Shown here one piece after another: positions 1 through 12,621 of a DNA stretch of 64,000 nt (positions are counted from its first letter, which is position 1; each line of letters begins with the position of its first letter). Source of the DNA: Lama glama (taxonomy: Eukaryota); the NCBI GenBank assembly GCA_028534125.1, contig CM052845.1, positions 24,366,001 through 24,430,000 on the forward strand, read 5' to 3'. A program made the translations under genes and the position numbers. The notes below the pieces were generated by a model. The model ran no database searches and was not told the origin of the DNA. It saw nothing but the letters and a program-made list of their open reading frames with translations.

Positions 1-844
1 TCAGAGGTGTTAATTAGCAAGAAACCGTCGTCTGACCGGCTCTTAACACCTCGTGCACGGTGGAGCGATGACAGCTGCGTCCCGGTTTGGTACACTTCCT
101 GTTTCCTATTTTTAAATATTAAAAAAAATCGCTTTACACAATAAAAACCTGCAGTTTGGGAAGAGAAACTGAAAATGGACCAACTTTTAATGATGTGAAG
201 AGCCACCTAAGTTCCTAGGCACAGACTTCGGGGTGTTCGAAGGGCCGGGCAGTAAAGAGAAGGATGAACAGTGAATTCCAGTCTTCAGTGCGTTTTAAAG
301 AGAGCGTATGTAAAGGTATGAAGTCCTGACAACCAGTAAACGCAGCGGCACACGCGGGACCTCACGGCCGCTTTCCTCCCATTTCCAGTGCTCATACACG
401 TTCTGCTTCAGCACAAGGAACAAAAACTAAATATAACACTGAGTGATTTGGTTCAAAAGCTTTGCTGCAATATTTCTTTGCTCCTGAGAGAACGAAATTA
501 TTTTGTTTTCAGAGTTCTTAGAATATTTTATAACTTTGTGAATTTCAGTAACCGGTTTTCATTTAATGTTTTTTAAACTAATGTAAGGAATAAAAGCCAT
601 GGTACCAACGTTTCCTGAACATATGGATGAGATGATGTGAGTACAAACAAACAGGAAGTAGAACTCACTACCACGGCCTTAATTCTTGGGCGTCTAATAT
701 CTCTCCATCTTTAAAAGGGGAGTCCATTTGAAAAATAAATTAAATTAGGGTTTTTGTTTTAATAAATACGCACTTTCGTTGGAACTCACCTGATCAGGGG
801 CTGGGAGGGGAGGAACTTATGCTGCCACCTACACTAATCAGATG

Positions 845-925
845 AAGAGGAAATCAGTGAAGGCTTCCTGGAAGAAGTGATTCCCGAGTTGACTCTGAAA
901 GCATAGCTAGGAATTAGGGGGAAAA
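845..925 (-). mobile_element. L2 LINE fragment (ancient)
   Basis: tcagtgaaggcttcctggaagaagtgattcccgagttgactctgaaagcatagctaggaattag resembles the common antisense L2 3' motif (recalled consensus). Confidence 0.5.
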
Positions 926-3900
926 AAATCCCCAAAATGCAAATTCTGGGCTCAGCAAATAGCATATACAGAAGCACAGAAGTGAGAGACTGTTTGGAAG
1001 GGTCTGTGCCCACGGGGAAGGAGGTGGCTGGGGCCGGGCCGGGCCAGGTCATCCAGGTGGCTCACTGACCGCAGACACCGTGGCTCTGACTCACTGGGAC
1101 AGGAGAGCATGGTGGGCGCCAGGAGGGCAGAGTGGGGCTGGGCTGGGCTGTCAGAAGGAGGGTCAGAGGCAGGTGGACGGGAGGGAGGCCACCAGGGACC
1201 AGCTGCAGGGCTGAGCAGCCCTCCAGGTGAGCAGGGCCCGGCCTGCAGTGGAGGTGCAGGCTGCCGAGGTTGGGGTGTGGCTGAGAGGCAGATGAGACGG
1301 GTCCCAAAATCGACTGCGCGACTCACTCGTCCACCCGTCTGCTCGTGCACGAATCCACTGACTTACTTAATCACTGAGGACTAGGGCTAGGGTGCCACAC
1401 GGCGAATCTGGAAGGTTCACTTCTCCATAGGCAAACGACTGTTTCTCAAAGTCACGGATCACACCTGCCCCCGATCGCAGTGGCCTGATGCCATCACCAG
1501 GGTCTTCACAGGGGGACACCGCAGGGTGGGGGTCAGCGGACATGTCAGGAGGGAACAGGTGGGGTCACCGGCCGGAGCTGAGGAAACCGGCAGATGTCCC
1601 CGGCTGGAGGCGGGCTTGGCCCCCGAGGGGCGCGCCACGACAGAAGCACGCACAGCGAAGTAAAGCCTGGCTGCGGCCGGCTCCCCTGCCACGCTTTGCG
1701 TGGACTGTCCCTCTGTTGTACTGGCTTCTGGAACCAGCTCTGACACAGGCTGAGAAAATTTGCGACCCAGAGAAAAACCACTATAACCCAATTTCATAGG
1801 TTGCACGGCCGTGCCCTTCCCTCCCAAGAGAAGTCGGGGCAGGTGTGTATTTAGAGGAGTAACCATCTGATGAACGGCTTCACAGCTGAGAGGAGCTGTG
1901 TGCGACACGAACGGCAGATGTTCCCAAAACCGCTTCAGGGTGCGAGGAGGCACTGACCGGCGAGCGGCGTGTTTCACAGTGGAGGACGGATCACGGCGGG
2001 CGGGCCCCGCTGCCGGGCTCCCCAGAGGCCGGATGGAAAGCGTCTGTTTCAGCGGAATCGCTACCTCACCGAGGGGCGAGAGCAAACACAGGCGGCCTCC
2101 GCCCACTGCAGACGAGCAGAGTGCTCCTGCGCAGCGGCCGGCCGTGTGCAAAGCAGTGCCCGGGACACGCTCGGGGGCCCGCGCGCCCTCGCAGCCTGCT
2201 CGGCGTCCGGCCATCGCGGTGCGGACCGGCATCCCGCGCTCGCTCTCACGCAGGCGAGACCACCGAAGACCGCCCGCTCAGAAAGAAACACTTAAATCAA
2301 CCTCCTTCTTCAAAACAATCGCTAGGAGTGGCTTTGAGCAGAACTTTTTAGGGAACTGTTTTCAAAAGCAAGTTTCCGAAGCATGAAAGAAACTCAATCT
2401 GTCAAAATAACCTTTCTCTCCACACACACGCCCATCACGGGTGGCTGTTGGATGCTGTGTGACCTTCCAAGCAGCGTTTTGACACAAAATCACTGAAGTC
2501 CTGACTTGCCTCACGGACAGGAGGCTCTGAACCCAGCGGGAAGCTCAGCTCCGACAGCAAGTGCGCGTCCGCGCCACCTCCGCGGACGCTTCGGGTTTCC
2601 TGCCTCTCGGGACAGGGGCGCTTCCTTCCTTTGGAGGTTTTCACAGCCTTACTAAGTAGACTGCTGTCGTGTGACGCCTCAGCTCTATTTAGGGAAGAAA
2701 TGATGCAAGTACTCCGCTCACAACGCTCAGGGTAAAGCAGGGCACACGAGGACCTAACGAGGCGTTTGTACCTACAGGTCTTCAGAAAGGCAGCTCGCAG
2801 CTCCGCAGCCCCGCAGCTCTCCTACTGCCATTCCCGATTCCTCTCGTTTTCCAGAACAGCCCCTAACCCTGGAAGGCACGTCTGCCCTCCCCCCCGCCAC
2901 CGTCTAGAGGAAGCTTGGACTCCGTAACTAGGCCAAGTTACGGGAGAAACTTTGAACAGAAGCATTTGCAGGGTAACTTACGTGGCACATGCATTTTGGG
3001 AAGATGAGATGTACATAAATTAGGGTGTTCGTCTGATCTGCACTGGTTCTTGTGCGATCTCTCTGCCATCTGTTCTACTTTTATTCTCCACCTAACGACA
3101 GCTCTATGAACAATGAAGGCATTTCCCACCAGGTAATTATTGTTTCAGAGCGTTTCTGAAGACCACGGGAGTGCTTAACTTCACTTGCTCCTGAGAGACA
3201 TCCAGCAAACACTGGTGAATGTATCAGTGACTCTCTTACAGTGTGTGTGTGTTTAAAGTGCAGTGATTCTAAGGCTCATTACTTCCCTAAGTTTCTAATT
3301 TGCTCATTTTCCATGTTTCTTCCCCCACAAAGGGCCAAGCAGAAGGGGTGGTCCCTGACTTCATGAGGGGATGGAGCAGGGGCAACAGGACACTGGCGGC
3401 TCAGCCCCGCTGCCCACGTCGCCCCTCGGCTGCCCCGCCGCCCACCACGGTCCTGGGCGCTGGCCTCCCCGACCCCGGGGCTGGGCTGTGACCACGGCAC
3501 CCACCGGGGCCCCTCGTTTCTTCAGAAGGCGGGGCTCAGCCGTCGGGGGGACGGAGCATCGCAGACCTGCGCTCACAGCCGCCAGGTGATGTGAAACGAG
3601 CCCGGAGGGCTCACCGCTCGCTTTGAACACTGACCCTGGGCCGACCTGGTCAATTACTCTTCCTGGGCGCCACTGAGAACCTGAAAAGTTAACCCACCCA
3701 CGGTCTCAGAGGGAGTGAGGGAACCAGGTTTGAATCCGGTTTCCCCTCTCCCATCCACAGGCTCCGTGCGCTGTAGTGATGGTTTTAACCGAAGCGGCAT
3801 GAGTCCTGCAACTTGTGACCACTAATCAGCACCCCGAAGTCCTGCTCACGGTCTTGGCATCAGTCCTACCTGCTCTGTTCCTGGCGTGGTGACAACTGAT

Positions 3901-4661
3901 GGGGCCTTGCCTCTTCCCCACACTGGGCCCCAAGTCTTCATCATGAGCGAGGTCCTCTCCAGGCCCACTCGAACTGTCCCCGGTCCCCCCCACGCCTGCG
4001 CCTTACCTGTCTCAGGTCACCGCCCTGCAGCCCCACTTACCCCACTACTTGCTGGCCGTGTGTGCTCCGTGGCCCTGCTGTCCTGTGGGCGCCTCCAGCC
4101 ACGTTTAGTCATCATGTTACATAAACAGTGGCCTTGCGGCGAGATACCAGGCAGTGATGCTTAGTTCGGGTGGGATGTTTTGCAAGGGGTGGATGTGGTT
4201 TTCCCTAAGAGCTGATGGGAACTGTGCCCCTGAACCGGCTCGGCCTGAGGTGATCCGTGAATGTACATCCACGGTCGATTCGCTCTGCAGCGCTGAATCG
4301 CACTTACAGATGGGGTCTGCAGACCAAGCCACAGACACCCAGGCCAGACACCAGGCTCAAGACCCTAGGAGTCATCGCAGGTTGGCTGAAGTTTACTGCA
4401 ATTGGTCCTTAAAACGACCACCTTCCAAATGTCAGCACTTCATTTTTTTTCTTGGATAAGATTTTATGAAAATTGTACTTGACTATTTTAAAGGACCTTG
4501 ATAATCAATCGATTTCATCCTAAGAAAAAGAAAGGTTATCTATAAGAGATGTTTCCGCCGCAGACAGGACCGCGGCATCGCCGGCCCCCGGGGAGGCTCC
4601 CAGCCTCGAGGACGGAGTCGCCGCCCTCGGTGAAGGAGGGCGCTGACCCCCAGGAGGTTAC

Positions 4662-4878
4662 CTGTGGTGGGCCTGACGGTCGAGGCGATGTCGGAGGCCA
4701 TCACGGGGATACATTCATCATCTTGGGAGTAACCAGCCTGAATGGCTCGGAGGTAACTGTGACTGCGCGTCCGGAAGCATCCGGGGAGGTCGAGGGCGTC
4801 CATGGCCTGAGACTCCACTTCGCTGAAGACGGACTCACACACGGACTCGAACTGCCCGTTGAGCTCCGCCTCACTCAT
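4662..4878 (-). CDS. DLGAP2: DLGAP2 217-nt coding exon (MSEAELNGQFESVCESVFSE...CFRTRSHSYLRAIQAGYSQDDEC...TVRPTT) with a GK-binding repeat
   Basis: ORF 4540..4878(-). Acceptor cgtttcag|ATG, donor ACAG|gtaacc; phase 0 in, phase 1 out. Confidence 0.96.
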
Positions 4879-7544
4879 CTGAAACGAGTGACAGCAGGTT
4901 GACAGCCAGGTCCAGCCGTGAAAGGACCAGAGAGACTGAAACCCACCCCGTCTTCACTTACCGTCTTCGTTTCCAGCCTAGTTCACCTGAAACCCACACT
5001 GGGGATCATTACACTTGGGGAAACCCTAAGGTGAACGCCAACGCCAAGACGTCCCTGGAACTCTAGGGCCCCCCCAACCCCGGGGCAGAGCTGTAAAGGA
5101 TGGTGGGCGGTTGTCACCACGTTTAAGGGAGACGGTTGTTTAAATGTGTAGCACGTGATTCAAAATACTAGTCCATCCCTTCCTCTCTGTTTCCCACACG
5201 GCACCTTCATCTCCCCTGTGCTGACGGCACAGACGGCTCTAGGGGGCGAGGCTGTGCTCGCAAACCCCGGGCGGGGCACAAGCTGCTCCTGCTCTGCTCC
5301 TGCTCACGGCATGGAAACTGAGCACAGCCCGGCAGCCAGCTCGAGCCCCCGTCCCGGGAGAGGACCCGTGCAGGCGGGGGAGCAACGGCTGGCGCAGCTC
5401 CTGTCTGCGCCCGACACGCCCGCTCTGGGGCACACGCATCCCTGCTCCACCCAGTAGCTCAGCAGGTGAAGGAATTATTTTCAAGCCCTGAGACTTATTT
5501 CCAGGGACAGAGTCACCCTGGGAACCTAAAAGTTCCAACTGTATTTAAAAAGAAACGATCAGGCTTTGGAGACTGGAGGAGTCCTAAGAGACGCGCACGC
5601 AGGGGCCTGGCCGTCTGGGGGGGTGGGGGCGGACATGCTCTCCGGGTTTCTAGGTGGTGATGCGCGTCCGTTTCGCAGAGTGAAGTCTGGAGGTTCCAGA
5701 TGGGAACCTGACACAGCGACCTACAGGGCTGAAACAAGGCTGCAGCCTGCGGGGTGGGGATGGAACACGAATTTAAGAATGGAAGCCCCACTTGGGCTGG
5801 AGACGTGCAGCCACTCCCAGGCCTGAGGGGTGGCGTTGGGGGGTGGTTTTCGCCAGTGGGGGGGCAGGACACAGATAAAGGCCCCACCCTGCACTGTGCA
5901 GAGGGCACATCCCTTGGGGGCACCTTCTAGGTTAAGGCGTAAGCGGGTGTGGGGGTGCAGGTGGGGGTGCTGACATGCGGGGCTGAGGCTCGTGGGAGGC
6001 CCCGGAGGTGACACAGACTCAGAGCCCAGGCAGAGGCCCCAGGACAGCCCCAGACGGCCCGCCGGGCCTCCACTGCCCCCTGCCCGGGAGCCGGAAACCT
6101 GGGGCAGGTGTCCACCTGCAGGTGGCTTCTCCCCGCTGGAGTGCCTCTGCTCGCCCGCATCCCAGTCCCTCCTCCTGCCGGTCCTCATGGATGCCGCCAC
6201 CCGGTCCCATTGCAGCCAAGCCGCCCACTGGCGTCATTCCTCCCACTGCTTAAACGTCCCCCCCACCCCCCTGAACACTCGGGGCACGGTGACAGGCAGA
6301 CAGAGAGCTGCTGCTCTCATCGGCAGAGCAACTTTTTCCCCCTAACTGTTCTCAGAGTAAAAGCAGGTTTAAAAAGTCAGATTTCCCCCCCGTAGGGATA
6401 AGACACCGCCTGCCCACCTCTAACCGCAGACCTACGTGTGGACCCGGCTCCTCCCTGAGATGTTCATGCACTGGAACAACAGCTCCCTCCCTTTCGCTGG
6501 ACAAGGCCTGCGTGAGCGGAGCCCAGCGGAAGGTGCAGAGGGGACTGAAAGCAGGCCTGCCTGCCCGGAGCCCAGCGTGAGAGGGAGAGCCTTTGGTCGG
6601 GCAGAAAGGACCACAGGAAAGCGAACGGCAGCTGCGTTCATCCAAATGGTTCGAGAGTGTCTGGCGCTGGACAGAGACGCAGGGATTCAGGGCAAAGACA
6701 AGTGATGGCACCCTGTCCTGACAACCTTGGGTACCTAGTGAGGGAGGCGCACCCGGCACGCGTCCTGGCTCGAAACCTGACATTTTCTGGAGCGCGGGTG
6801 ACTTTCGGTGAGTTCTCCTGTCTGCGGAATTGCATCGAGGGGTCTCAGGCTGCCTCGCGCCACTTATGTCAAGGAGCCACGTGGAACGACGGAGGTTGGC
6901 CAGAGCGCAAGTGACGTGCCGCCGGCCCCTGGACACAGGGTCCCAGTGGCGCCCGGGCCGCAGACCTGCCCTGGGCCGGGGGTGCCTCCGTCGGGAAGAA
7001 AGCCCTCCAGCTGGCCTTTCACAAGCAAGAGATGGACATTCCAGGAAGGCCCGTTCGGCGAGCGCCCCCAGCTACAAGACTGATCAGGGAGGGTCTAGAA
7101 ACGAGGGTGACTCGTTCCCCCAAACTAACAAGTTGCTGAGAAGGACTTCGGATTGGCCTAGACAGGCACTGAAGTGACCTGTTCTCCGAGAGCGGGTGTG
7201 TTCACTTGCTCGAGGGAGATTTGGAAAAGCGGGTGTTTTGCTCTGCAATTCAAGCCACGGCCTCAGCCCACTGGAAGTGTCCCAGGAGGCATTAAGCCGG
7301 CGGTGTGAGGCGTGAGCACTCGGTGTGGTCTGAAGCACTGACTTCTTCTGTGAACCTTAAACTCAGAAAAGCACCAAAAACTGCTTCGAGAGAAGCCAAG
7401 GGGAAGACGGGGACAGCAGCGAGAAGGTGACGGTCCTGGTGGGGCACAGGGCTGCGGGCTAACCAGGGGTCAGACGGACAGCGCCACAGGGCACGTGGGG
7501 CGGTGAGGTGCAGCCGCTGTTAGAACCACTGTCGCCAGCAACGC

Positions 7545-8030
7545 CGGCTCTGGGTGTGCTACACAAGAGTTGACAACAGGACACGGACGGGTGTCTGCAC
7601 ACCGTGTTCACGGCAGTGTTATTCACAGCAGCCAAGGGCTGGAGGCAGCACAAGTGTCTGCTGACGGACGAGGGATACACAAAATGTGGTCCATCCACAC
7701 AGCGATCTAATTTTCAGCCTTAAAAAGGGTGCAAATTCTGACCCCTGGGCGGCATGGATGGACCTGCTGGAAAATGAAGTAAGCCAGACACGTAAGGACG
7801 AGCACTGTGTGAGCCTACTCGCAGGAGGGCCCCTGAAGGGCCAGACTCGCAGACAGGAGGAGGCAGACGGTGGGGGCAAGGGCGGGGGCGGGGGGCAGTC
7901 GGGGTCTGACGGGAGCAGCGTCAGTCTGGGAAGACGAGACGGCAGTGGGGACGGCTGCACAGCCAAGTGGATGTGCTCAGCGCCACCGGCTGGTGCGCTT
8001 AGAAAGGCCATCTTACCACAACTAGAAAAA
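7545..8030 (+). mobile_element. L1 (L1MB/L1MA-like) ORF2 end plus 3'UTR relic, GC-enriched
   Basis: Collinear matches to the recalled L1M 3' end: gttcacggcagtgttattcacagcagccaag, caaaatgtggtccatccacac, ttcagccttaaaaagg, gaagtaagccagacac, ending ttaccacaactagaaaaa. Confidence 0.85.
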
Positions 8031-9047
8031 GTGCGCATGTCGCAGAGAGGGGCTGCGATCACACTGAAACAGCTTTTAGAGACAAGGAGACAAGGGCCTG
8101 GTCCAGACTGAGGACGTCTTTCCTGCAGGGAGGGTGCAGGGAGGCCCCCTCCGCGCAGAGGTGCCGGCCCCGCGCCCACATCCCTGAGCTCCCCTGGTTC
8201 CTGGGAAAGTGGGGCAGTTGTCAGAATCATCCGAATGGAGGAAGAGAAACAAAGGAAACGTGGAGACTGTCGCGGGCCGGAGACCTCAGGATGATGCCAG
8301 CCCAGGAAGAAAGCAGCCAGGGCCAAGAGCAGAGCTCCGCGGTGGCCTCGGGCTGAGAACCGGCACCTCGCTCCCAGGGAGCGGGCGCAGCTGCCCCGAC
8401 ACCAGGGCCCACCCACTCCTGCGAAAACGGCCACGCCGGGGCCCCAGTGTGAGACTGAAATCCCCGGCACACTCGAGGTGCACTGGGTCACAGAAGCACT
8501 GGGGCCAGGCATGGGAGGGGACGGAGGGTGAGGAGGATTTGAGTGGGTCGAGAGCACGCTCTGGAGGGGAGGGAGGGAGAAGGTCCAGGAACACGGTGAG
8601 GTCCCTCCCGCTGGGCCTACCTCTCCTGCAGCAGGAAGAAGCCAAGGGGAAGGTTTGGGGACGAGTGAAACTAGCCCCGCCCCCAACGCACCCTGAAGGA
8701 CACAGGAGGTGATCCTGCTGGCTGCCTGGAGCTGCTAGACCCCAGAAACCCCCGTGAACTTCAGCAGGGGGCGCTGGGGGGCTCTGGGTGTCCCCTGGGG
8801 TGGGACGCAGACCCTCCACGTGGGGAGGGGAACGAGCTGCAGGAAAGGAGGTTGCTCTGCCAGGAGGGATGCAGAGGAGGGGGTGCAGGAATGAGACAGG
8901 CAGAGATGCCCCACTGGTCTAGTAAAGTTTCTGGGTTTGTGGTCCCCCAAGACAGCTCTAGCTGGAAATTTGCCTCTCCTCACGGCCGGACCCAGTGTCC
9001 CCGGCCAGGGGATGGACCCAGGCGGGGTGGGGGGGAGGGACCCTGAC

Positions 9048-9195
9048 CTGGCTCACACAGCTGGCCTGGCTGAGCGTGCTGACGGCTCTCATGTAGCTCT
9101 GGTTCCGGGAGCGGAACTTCGGGGAGTTGTAGTTGGCAGAGGGGTCCAGGCTGTGCCCGGCCGGCCCATCGCTGGCTGCTGGCAGGTAGCTCTGG
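9048..9195 (-). CDS. DLGAP2: DLGAP2 148-nt coding exon (QSYLPAASD...SPKFRSRNQSYMRAVSTLSQASCVSQ) with a GK-binding repeat
   Basis: Lies within ORF 8958..9347(-). Acceptor cctttcttgcag|C, donor AGCCAG|gtcagg; phase 2 in, phase 0 out, matching both neighbours. Confidence 0.96.
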
Positions 9196-12100
9196 CTGCA
9201 AGAAAGGAGAGGAGAGGCGTCCGTGAGCATCTCCGCAGGGACCGTGCGACCCAACTCCCAGAGGCCGGTGCAGAACCTCATCCTGTGACGGTACCTTCGC
9301 CTCCTGTAAGTTTTCTTAACAGACACACTCATAAACGTGCGTGGCATCAGAAGCAGTGAGAGAGGCTATTCTGAACCCGCTTTCAAGCCTGACTTCTTAC
9401 GACCAGGTAGGGAAATCGGGACCTTTCCACACCGGAAAGAAAAAGAGCTGAAAGCACGGGGAACTCGCACAGCACAACAGTGGGCTCGGCTCAAAACCCG
9501 AGTCTCATGAAAATCACGTCGGCTTCTGGCAGCTTCACACACGCAGGAAAACTAAAGGTAAAAAACAAGACTTGCCTCCAACTTACGTGAAGTCGACCAG
9601 ATTACACAATCCAGGCAGAGCAGACTGAGAAATCAAATCCATTTTATTATCAAAATGATCTCCCCCCCCCCTGCAAATAGCCTTAAAGTCAAAGTCCTCT
9701 GGTCTCCCTTCTTGTTATTTTGCAAAATGTTAAAAGGACGGGAAAACCTCAAGGACGCCGGTCAGACTGCAAGTTCAGCTGAGCTCACATTTCTGGCTGA
9801 TTGAGCTCCTTTCAAGTTCTGATGACAGTCTTTCCGTAGAACAGTAAGAACTCATTTTATTTGACCCAGACAGAATGTGGACAGAAACAATTAATTTACT
9901 CTTCTTTCCCAGTTTGGATCACAATGGGATCACTGCACGGGCCTGTGTATAAACGTGCATGAACACTGGATTGCTAACTCTGACTCGTATTTGGCCAAAG
10001 TACATTCCTCGCTTTTCAGAGTGAACTCTTGATGCAAACTGTTTTCCCTCTGACTTACTTCTTTAAAAATGGGGCAGCAGAGAAAAAATTTGGACTTGAT
10101 TACAAGTTCTGATTAAGTGAAGCTCATTTATTATAAAGTCAATGTTCCAGGTAAAAGTAATAATAATTATTTTTAGCTATTAATAGAATGCAATTCATGT
10201 TATAAATTAATATAATAATGATCTTTGTCTTAAAACCGAGTGTAGGTTTGTTTCAGCTCTTCCCTCCTCTCCACTCAAAACAGACAAAACAAAACAGAGA
10301 GAGAGAGAAAGGAAAGGAAATGGGGGAGAAGTGAGCTTGGAGCGGGTTCTGATCTTGCGTATGAAGTCGTGCAAGTCTCTGCCTGACGCCCCGTCACTCC
10401 CGCTGCTGCGGGCAGGAGGTCCCGGTGGGGGGCGGGCCCAGCAGCGGGTCCCTCGGCTCCTCTGTGGCCCCGGGGCTGCAGACAGACAGGCGAGTGGCCA
10501 CCCTCAGCGCCCGAGGCCACGGCGTGTGGGCCCGAGCTGGTCGGCCATGACCACCGCCTGCCCCGTCTGCACGCGGGTTTGGCCCAGCTCCCCGGCACGT
10601 GCGGGCGTGCGCGTCGCATCCCCGGGGGCGGCCCGGGTTCTCGGGCTCTCGGCTCCACGTCTGCTTTTGCAAAAACGGAAACTCCCTCTCCTGTGTTTCC
10701 TTGAAACCGCTGGCTTCACACGGCGAGTTTGCCAGTCAGCACGGAGTGTCGTTTCCTCCTGACGCAACGCTTCCCCTCGGAGGAATCTGCCTTCTCACCG
10801 TTTCAGCCTCTTCAGCGTCTGGGAGTCTTCAAAGTGGGCTCTGTCACACCTTCACGTCCGTGTGCAGGTCCCAGCGCCGAGCCTGGAGCCCCAGAGCGCC
10901 AGTGAGCGCCCCTGGGTGGCGCTGGGCAAGCCCAAGGTTTGGTGTTGTGTGACTCCGCGGTTCAGACACGCCTCTGATCCCCGCTGCTCTCCTTCTAACG
11001 CAGGGCAGCCACTGCAAGCTGACTCGCCTCTGCAGGAAGCTAGTCACGCTGTTTCCTTTTAAACGCAGACTCCCAGCAGTCAACGTCTGCTACACGTGGC
11101 GACGCTGGGCACTCCGGGAGCATCTGGCAACGTGCTAACCCACCCGGTTCGTGGCCTCGCTGTGCGAACAGGACGACCGACACCCGCACCGCCCAGGCCC
11201 CCAGGTGAGCGCGGGGCGCGCAGCGGCCCGGCGGCCTGGCCCCGGGACGCACACCTCCAGCCCCAAGGGCGCACTGCCGAGACACAGGATCGGCGACCTC
11301 AAGAGGCTGGTCCTCAGTACCACACATTTTACACTAAAAACAGCCCCAACTTCAGCCTATTAGGGTTAATAGAAAACACCTGTTCTTACAACAACGGCTC
11401 AGCATCCCCCCCCCCCCGAGGAGGCCCACGGTCCTCACGGCCACGGCCTGGACGCTGACAACCAGCAGGGAGGCCGGAGGTGCCGGAGAGGCCGGGGGTC
11501 CCACGTGGGACAGGGCCGGGCCCCGGGGCCCCCGCTCCTCCCCAGCAGCCGGTCCTCGGGCACCAGCACCACCTGAAACTCCCTTCAGGCCCCTGTTATT
11601 TCTTCAAAATGGTGATTCCTACTGCAGACCCGGGTGCCAGACACAGCGCAGACCTTCACGTGCACACTTTCCGGTAGCGCAGACGATCCTGAGAGGAAAC
11701 CACAAAGAGCCTTCCAGAGCAACGCGGACACATGGTTTCTAGTTTTTCCCCTTTCCCGTCTGACAGTCCCACGTGCACACGAGGCGGGAACCTGCTCCGG
11801 GAGCCGAGCGAGGGAGGCAGCGCGTCGGGAGGCTCCTGGCTTCCAGCTCTCCCCTTCCCGCCTGCGAGCTGTGAGAGTCGGCGGCTGGACCGACGCCACA
11901 GCCCTCTTCTACGACTTCAGGTCATGGTGAAAACAAACCCACGCCTCACCAGGCCTCTGCGTTCAGCTGCCGGACCTGTGTAAACACAGCCGGGCCCTGA
12001 GACAAAACGCGCCGCCCCCGCGTTCCTGTCACCTGAGCAGCGAGGACGCTGGGCAGCGTGTATGAAGGACAAACAGGGGAAACCTCTTTTTCCAACTCCG

Positions 12101-12519
12101 CGTGTTTGTTCCAGAGGCAGAGGGCGTCCCTCTGTCTCACACGTGGAGCTGACGGGACTGGCAGGAGCGTGGCGCCCTCCCTGCGCCACGTGGACAACGG
12201 GGCCCAGCCTAACCCCCTCCGGGGAGACTGGACCCTTCCCGCCTCTGCAGGCGAAACAGCCACAGCGTCAGGCTCAGAATCAGGCTCTCCCCTTGTCCTC
12301 TAAGGCCAGGAGGGCTCTTGGAAGAGGGGCCTCACTTCCCGGAGATGAAACGCATCCTGGAGAGGAGGCGGCCGGCGTCCACGGGTGCTGGAGGAGCTGC
12401 CAGGAGCCTGTGGGTTTTCTGGGGACGGACGGACGGACGGACAGACGGGGCCGCCCTCACAACCCTGGCGCCTCCTCCCACCGCCTGTTCCTCTGCTCCT
12501 CACGTTTATTATTCTTCTT

Positions 12520-12621
12520 ATTTTTTAAATCTTACAGTACTTTTTTTTAGGGAGGTCCCGGGGATTGAACCCAGGGCCTCGTGCAGCCAAGCACGCGCCC
12601 ACCTCTGAGCTGTGCCCTCCC
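12520..12621 (-). mobile_element. tRNA-derived SINE, camelid Vic-1-like
   Basis: Reverse complement reads GGGAGGGCACAGCTCAGAGGTGGGCGCGTGCTTGGCTGCACGAGGCCCTGGGTTCAATCCCCGGGACCTCCC followed by an A-rich tail; pol III A-box and B-box (GGTTCAATCC) visible. Confidence 0.8.

Noticed and set aside
4876-4878. ATG at the start of the 217-nt exon as a translation start
   Set aside because: It directly follows the acceptor AG and is an internal Met in frame with the upstream exons.
4955-4990. ACG|GTAAGT donor-like site ~80 nt upstream of the 217-nt exon acceptor
   Set aside because: Candidate microexons (16 or 25 nt) have weak acceptors and break frame; nothing else supports them.
7619-8686. 355-aa minus-strand ORF and the many other 60-290 aa ORFs
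   Set aside because: Pro/Gly/Arg/Ala-rich, often non-ATG starts, overlapping decayed repeats; expected from stop-codon scarcity in GC-rich intron.
12551-12621. Possible tRNA gene
   Set aside because: A-rich tail and degenerate stems indicate a SINE.
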